Shown here: positions 56,854-61,627 of the stretch, in pieces | How the letters are laid out: every line of letters begins with the position of its first letter | Position numbering within the stretch: position 1 is the first letter of the stretch | NCBI GenBank assembly: GCA_964524995.1 | Contig: CAZGDV010000002.1 | Coordinates: forward strand, 1,787 to 65,786 | Source of the DNA: an uncultured Dehalococcoidia bacterium | GTDB taxonomy: Bacteria > Chloroflexota > Dehalococcoidia > SZUA-161 | DNA: 64,000 nt | Reading direction: 5' to 3' | Notes under the pieces: model-generated | What the model was told of the DNA's origin: nothing | The model's database searches: none | The model's input: the letters and a program-made list of their open reading frames with translations, nothing else | Position numbers and translations under genes: made by a program

Positions 56854-56914
56854 ATACCTACACTTGGGATCGCCGCAGCTTGAGAGACACGCCCCTGTGT
56901 TATCATGTGACGCG

Positions 56915-58519
56915 ATGCCAGCCCTATCTACTCGTGACGCCGGTGGCCCAACCAGCCTCCCCAGGCGACAAGCGAACATCGCCCTGATCGGGGCCGTGGT
57001 CGCCCTGTTCCTCGGCTCGCTCGATCAGACCATCATCGGCACCGCCATGCCGAAGATAGGCCTGGAACTCGGGGGCTTCACGGAATATACCCTGATCACG
57101 ACGGTCTACATAATCACATCGACTATTGTAGCCCCGATCACGGGCAGGTTGTCCGACATCTTCGGACGCAAGCGCTTCTACATTCTGGGGCTGGCCGTTT
57201 TCGTGATCGGCTCGCTCCTCTGCGGCGTCAGCCAGAACATCGCGCAGCTCGTCGCCTTCAGGGGCATCCAGGGGGCAGGGGCGGGGGTGCTCCTCGCCAA
57301 CGCCTTCATCTACATCGGCGACCTGTTCCCGCCGGCCGAGCGCGGCAAGTACCAGGGTCTGACCGCCGGCGTCTTCGGCATAGCCGCCGTGATGGGCCCA
57401 ATGCTCGGCGGCTTCATCACGGACAGTCTCGGCTGGAGGTGGGTATTCCTCGTCAACGTCCCCGTCGGCCTGATCCTGATCGGCCTGTTCGCCCTCTTCC
57501 TGCCCAGGCTCCGGCCCGCCAGCGAAGACCAGGGAATCGACTACCTCGGTATCGGTGCTCTGGTGCTGGCCACAGTCCCCTTGATGCTCGCGCTTTCGTG
57601 GGCCGGAGTGGAGTATCCCTGGGTCTCCGCCCCCATAATCGCTATGCTTGTCTGTTCCGCCACCACGGCCGCGGCCTTCGTCCTCATAGAACGCCGAGCC
57701 ACGGCCCCCATCATTCCGCTCTGGGTATTCGGAAACCGTATTGTAACCCTGTCGCTGATAATCGTGGCGCTGACCGGGGTGGTGATGTACGGGGGCATCG
57801 TCTACCTGCCGCTCTACTTCCAGGGAGTGTTCGGGATGTCGCCCACCACGAGCGGGGGCTTCCTTACGCCGCTCCTGGTCGCCGTGGTCGTCGGCAGTCT
57901 GGTCTCGGGACAGGTCCTTTCTCGCGCCGGGGGCCACTACCGGCTACAGGGAGCGGCCGGGCTCACCATCATGGCAATCGCGGTGGCACTCATCGCGACC
58001 ATGTCCGTCAACACAGGCAGCGCCACCGCCGTGGCATACACGGCGCTCATCGGGCTCGGCCTCGGCATCATCTACCCGCTATACACGATCGCTGTCCAGA
58101 ACGCCGTGCCCTACTCGGTAATGGGCGTCACAACGTCGTCGGCCACGTTCTTCAGGGCGCTTGGCGGCGTGCTGGGCTTGGCCATCGCCGGCTCTCTCGT
58201 GAACAACCGGTTCGCGCCCGACTTCCTGGGCAGGCTGGCGCCGGATGTCGCGGCACCCATCTCCCCCGAGCCCCTGAACACCCTGGCGTACAACCCGGAG
58301 GCGCTGGTGAGCCCCGAGAAACAGGCGGAGTTGCTGGAGCTGTACGAGGCAACCGGGCCGCAGGGCCTCCGCCTCTACGACCAGATGTTCCAGTCGCTCA
58401 AGCTGGCGTTGGACTCCACCCTGACGGAGATCTTCGTCATCGGGGTCGGTATTGTGGCAGCGGCCTGGATAGCGAACTGGTTCATCGCCGAAGTGCCGCT
58501 GAGACGGCACCACGAGTAG
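56915..58519 (+). CDS. MFS transporter, DHA2 family, paralog B
   Basis: 534 aa from ATG 56915. Collinear similarity to 50403-52019 (LDQTIIGTAMPKI, GRLSDIFGRK, RGIQGAGAG). The 123-codon upstream extension is rejected. Confidence 0.88.
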   Translation: MPALSTRDAGGPTSLPRRQANIALIGAVVALFLGSLDQTIIGTAMPKIGLELGGFTEYTLITTVYIITSTIVAPITGRLSDIFGRKRFYILGLAVFVIGSLLCGVSQNIAQLVAFRGIQGAGAGVLLANAFIYIGDLFPPAERGKYQGLTAGVFGIAAVMGPMLGGFITDSLGWRWVFLVNVPVGLILIGLFALFLPRLRPASEDQGIDYLGIGALVLATVPLMLALSWAGVEYPWVSAPIIAMLVCSATTAAAFVLIERRATAPIIPLWVFGNRIVTLSLIIVALTGVVMYGGIVYLPLYFQGVFGMSPTTSGGFLTPLLVAVVVGSLVSGQVLSRAGGHYRLQGAAGLTIMAIAVALIATMSVNTGSATAVAYTALIGLGLGIIYPLYTIAVQNAVPYSVMGVTTSSATFFRALGGVLGLAIAGSLVNNRFAPDFLGRLAPDVAAPISPEPLNTLAYNPEALVSPEKQAELLELYEATGPQGLRLYDQMFQSLKLALDSTLTEIFVIGVGIVAAAWIANWFIAEVPLRRHHE

Positions 58520-58531
58520 TCCACAGACCCC

Positions 58532-58622
58532 TTGACAAACCAGAATCCTGGTATATAATCGAAGCAGGTAACTTTGCACTACAAAGTACTTTGCACAATT
58601 CCCAGCTGCAAGGAGGTGCAGC
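58532..58622 (+). promoter_or_regulatory. Promoter, ACTTTGCAC direct repeats and SD-enclosing hairpin
   Basis: TTGACA(58532)-16 nt-TATAAT(58554). ACTTTGCAC at 58571 and 58588. GCTGCA-AGGAGG-TGCAGC (58605-58622) abuts ATG 58623. Confidence 0.6.
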
Positions 58623-59213
58623 ATGAGCCAGAGCTTAGACCTGAAAGAGATAGAGCGCAAGGCCTGGAAGTCCTACTACGAGGACGGCATGTGGGACACG
58701 TTCATGGGGCTGCTAATGATAGCGATGGGCGTCGATCTGCTCACGCAGGAGGGCCCCGCCTTCTACGCCCTGATCGGCGTCGCCGCACTCAGCCCGGCCC
58801 TCATCAAGTGGTTCATCACCATGCCCAGGCTGGGTTGGGTCAAGTTTGGCCCTATGAGGCGGACCAGGGACAAGCTGATGAAGGCCGTCCTCGCGTTCTC
58901 GATACTGATTGGAATCGGCGGCTTCGTGGCGTACACGGTCGGCGCGGAGCCTCCGAGCGGTGTGTTCCCGGCCATCGCGGCTGTCGTGATCTTCGCCGTG
59001 TTCGCGTCGATGGCATACCTGAAAGAGTTCCCTCGCCTCTACGGGTACGCCGTGGCGTACTCGCTTTCGATAGGGCTGGCGCTCACCATGGAGGACTTCG
59101 TGCCAATGGTGCTGTTCTTCGTATTCGGCGGGACAGGCCTGGTCATCGGGCTGGCGCTGATAGCCCGCTTCGTCCGGAGGTATCCAGTGATCAGAACGGA
59201 AGGTGCAGGGTAG
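58623..59213 (+). CDS. Hypothetical polytopic membrane protein, tandem paralog 1
   Basis: 196 aa. The N-terminal LDLKEIERKAWKSYYEDGMWD plus about 5 TM segments is paralogous to 59311-59904. Confidence 0.7.
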   Translation: MSQSLDLKEIERKAWKSYYEDGMWDTFMGLLMIAMGVDLLTQEGPAFYALIGVAALSPALIKWFITMPRLGWVKFGPMRRTRDKLMKAVLAFSILIGIGGFVAYTVGAEPPSGVFPAIAAVVIFAVFASMAYLKEFPRLYGYAVAYSLSIGLALTMEDFVPMVLFFVFGGTGLVIGLALIARFVRRYPVIRTEGAG

Positions 59214-59310
59214 GATGGGAGCATCTGCCCCCATGCCGTACAACGCGAGTGCGGTTTGGTGCCGCCTGCGCGGAGCGGATGCTCCGCGCCCACCCAAGGG
59301 GGAGTGAGCC
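59214..59310 (+). repeat. Intergenic element E1 with two GGAGC-N4-GC(T/C)CC dyads
   Basis: GGAGC-ATCT-GCCCC (59218-59231) and GCGCGGAGC-GGAT-GCTCCGCGC (59268-59289), then the SD AAGGGGGAG. Confidence 0.6.
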
Positions 59311-59904
59311 ATGACGACTCAGATCGATCTGAAGCAGATAGAGCGCAGGGCCTGGACCATGTATTTCGATGACGGGCTGTGGGAGATCTTCCTCGGGGTC
59401 CTGCTGATCGGAATGGGGGTTCGAACAGTCACGGACAACGTGTGGTTCACGTTCCTCGCGCTTTCCTCCGTACTGGTGTGGCCTTTGGGAAAGAGGCTGG
59501 TCACGATTCCGCGCGTGGGCCTCGCCAAGTTCGGCCCGGCCCGCAGGGCCAAGCAGTTCAAGATAACGGTGATCATAGTTGTCGCTGTCCTGGCGACGTT
59601 TGCGCTGTGGATCTACGCCGCCAACTCGGGTGTCAACCTTCCCGACGCCGCTTCCGCGGCCGTCGTCGGTGGATTCATTACGTTCATCTTCTGGCTGCTG
59701 GCATACTTCCTCGATTTCCGCCGCCTCTACCTCTACGCGCCTCTCTTTGCCTCGACGCTTGCCCTTTCGGAGGTGTTCGAAGACCCCATACCGGGGTACG
59801 CGGCGCTGGGTGCCGGGGGCCTGATCCTGCTGATCGGCGCGTTGTACCTCCTGCGGTTCATGCGCCGGTACCCGAAGCCTTCGCTGGAGGAATCGGATGC
59901 CTGA
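59311..59904 (+). CDS. Hypothetical polytopic membrane protein, tandem paralog 2
   Basis: 197 aa. IDLKQIERRAWTMYFDDGLWE. Same topology and the same C-terminal L(I/Y)(A/L)RF(V/M)RRYP motif as paralog 1. Confidence 0.7.
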   Translation: MTTQIDLKQIERRAWTMYFDDGLWEIFLGVLLIGMGVRTVTDNVWFTFLALSSVLVWPLGKRLVTIPRVGLAKFGPARRAKQFKITVIIVVAVLATFALWIYAANSGVNLPDAASAAVVGGFITFIFWLLAYFLDFRRLYLYAPLFASTLALSEVFEDPIPGYAALGAGGLILLIGALYLLRFMRRYPKPSLEESDA

Positions 59905-59910
59905 CCCGGG

Positions 59911-60000
59911 TAGAGTGGGAGCATCTGCTCCCGCACAACATCATAGAGCCCCTGCAGCAGAGCGGATGCTCCGCTGCTACCCGAAGGAGGCTGGTCTCCG
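59911..60000 (+). repeat. Intergenic element E2 (copy of E1)
   Basis: GGGAGC-ATCT-GCTCCC (59917-59932) and GCAGCAGAGC-GGAT-GCTCCGCTGC (59954-59977), then the SD GAAGGAGG. Confidence 0.6.
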
Positions 60001-60327
60001 GTGACCCATGAAACGCCCTCTGAGGGCTTGCAGCCCATATCCGAGATCGACCGCGTCATTCACGAGCCGGCGAGGCTGATGATCCTGGCCCATCTGTACG
60101 TGGTTGACAGCGCAGATTTCCTCTTCCTCATGCGCCAGACCGGCCTCACCTTCGGCAACCTTTCGTCCCACATGAGCAAGCTGGAGGCCGCGGGGTACGT
60201 GCACGTCGCGAAGGGATTCGCCGGGAGGAAGCCGCGCACCATGCTCAGGCTCACCGGCAAGGGACGCGAGGCCTTCAAGTCCTACCGCCAGAGCATGAAA
60301 CAGGTCCTGGACGGCCTGCCAGACTGA
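60001..60327 (+). CDS. Winged-helix transcriptional regulator (ArsR/MarR-like small wHTH)
   Basis: 108 aa from GTG. IHEPARLMILAHL...LTFGNLSSHMSKLEAAGYV...GRKPRTMLRLTGKGREAF. Confidence 0.75.
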   Translation: MTHETPSEGLQPISEIDRVIHEPARLMILAHLYVVDSADFLFLMRQTGLTFGNLSSHMSKLEAAGYVHVAKGFAGRKPRTMLRLTGKGREAFKSYRQSMKQVLDGLPD

Positions 60328-60400
60328 CGCTTGGGCATTCCACCATTCAGATGTCTGGATGGCCGCATTCAGGCCTTGAGTTCCAGCGCCGTTTGCGGTA
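60328..60400 (+). repeat. 8-bp-phased intergenic repeat cluster
   Basis: CCATTCAG ATGTCTGG ATGGCCGC ATTCAGGC CTTGAGTT CCAGCGCC GTTTGCGG. Confidence 0.55.
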
Positions 60401-60450
60401 TCATTCCACCCCCCAGGCGACCTCCATGACAGGCCGCCAAGGAAGCCGGA

Positions 60451-61551
60451 ATGATACCACTCTTCCAGCAGTACCCGCTGCTCAGCGAGAAGCTGCCCTA
60501 CACGCCTTTGGCCGACTTGCCCACGCCTGTGGAGCAGCTGGAGCGCACCGGTAGAGAGATCGGGCTGGACTCGCTGTACATCAAGAGGGACGACCTCAGT
60601 GGCAGGCTGTACGGCGGGAACAAGGTACGCAAGCTGGAGTTCCTCCTGGGAGAAGCCCTGCGCTCCGGCGCGAGAGAGGTCCTGACGTTCGGATTCGCGG
60701 GCTCCAACCACGCGCTGGCTACGGCGATCTACGCCAGAGAGCTGGGACTGAAGAGCATCTCCATGCTGATGCCCCAGCCCAACGCCCGCTATGTGAGGCG
60801 TAACCTCCTCATGAGCTACGAATGCGGGGCCGAGCTTCACCACGGTCGGAGCATCCCAATCCTGGCGTGCGCGACGTTCTATCAACAGCTCCGGCACCGT
60901 CTGATACGCGGCAGCTTCCCCGTTATGGTTCCCGCCGGTGGTTCGTCAACCCCGGGCGCTACCGGCTTCGTCAACGCCGCTCTGGAGCTGCGGGACCAGA
61001 TCATTGGCGGCCAGATGCCCGAACCCCATGTCGTCTATTTAGCGCTCGGCACGTCGGGGACCGCCTCCGGCCTGATGCTGGGGCTGAAGGCCGCAGGACT
61101 GCAGAGCCGCGTCGTCTGCGTCGCCGTAGCGCCGGAGAGGTTCGCCAACGCCTCGAGGACGGCCGGGCTGCACAACAAGATCGCCAGCTATCTCCATTCC
61201 CTCGATCCATCGTTCCCCGAGCACAACATGGGCGCAGAAGAAGTTGACATAAGACACGGCTTCTTCGGTAAGGGCTACGCCCACTTCACCCAGCAGGGGA
61301 TGGAGGCCGTCAACCTGGTCAAGGAGACCGACGGTATCAAGCTGGAGGGGACGTACACAGGCAAGGCGTTCGCCTGCCTGATCGACGACGCCAGGAAGGG
61401 CCAACTGAAGGGCAAGACAGTGCTGTTCTGGAACACCCACAACTCAAGGGAGTTCCCGGACGCCGTGGACTCGATCGACTACCGCCGCCTGCCCCGGCCT
61501 TTCCACAGGTACTTCGAGCAGGACGTTCAGCCTCTGGACAGGGAACAGTGA
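60451..61551 (+). CDS. PLP-dependent ACC deaminase / D-cysteine desulfhydrase family enzyme
   Basis: 366 aa. LYIKRDDLSGRLYGGNKVRKLEFLL (PLP lysine) motif. Confidence 0.85.
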   Translation: MIPLFQQYPLLSEKLPYTPLADLPTPVEQLERTGREIGLDSLYIKRDDLSGRLYGGNKVRKLEFLLGEALRSGAREVLTFGFAGSNHALATAIYARELGLKSISMLMPQPNARYVRRNLLMSYECGAELHHGRSIPILACATFYQQLRHRLIRGSFPVMVPAGGSSTPGATGFVNAALELRDQIIGGQMPEPHVVYLALGTSGTASGLMLGLKAAGLQSRVVCVAVAPERFANASRTAGLHNKIASYLHSLDPSFPEHNMGAEEVDIRHGFFGKGYAHFTQQGMEAVNLVKETDGIKLEGTYTGKAFACLIDDARKGQLKGKTVLFWNTHNSREFPDAVDSIDYRRLPRPFHRYFEQDVQPLDREQ

Positions 61552-61560
61552 ACCAGCGGG

Positions 61561-61627
61561 GCTGCCCGCTGTCCGGCCCCTCAGATGTTCAGATGTCTGG
61601 CTGTCCAGATGCTCAGACGGGGCAGCC
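61561..61627 (+). repeat. 8-bp-phased intergenic repeat cluster (strongest copy)
   Basis: TCAGATGT TCAGATGT CTGGCTGT CCAGATGC TCAGACGG, flanked by GGGGCTGCCCGCTG / CGGGGCAGCC. It overlaps the GRE stop codon. Confidence 0.75.

Noticed and set aside
56546-56914. A 123-codon N-terminal extension of MFS-B (ORF-track start 56546).
   Set aside because: The extension is Pro/Gly/Arg-rich, has no counterpart in paralog MFS-A, and covers the direct repeats and palindromes. ATG 56915 aligns with the paralog's N-terminus.
17905-61627. Whether the periodic intergenic repeats could be CRISPR arrays or coding tandem repeats.
   Set aside because: The period is 8 nt with no unique spacers. Clusters are only 40-120 bp long, no cas genes are present, and an 8-nt period is incompatible with a reading frame.
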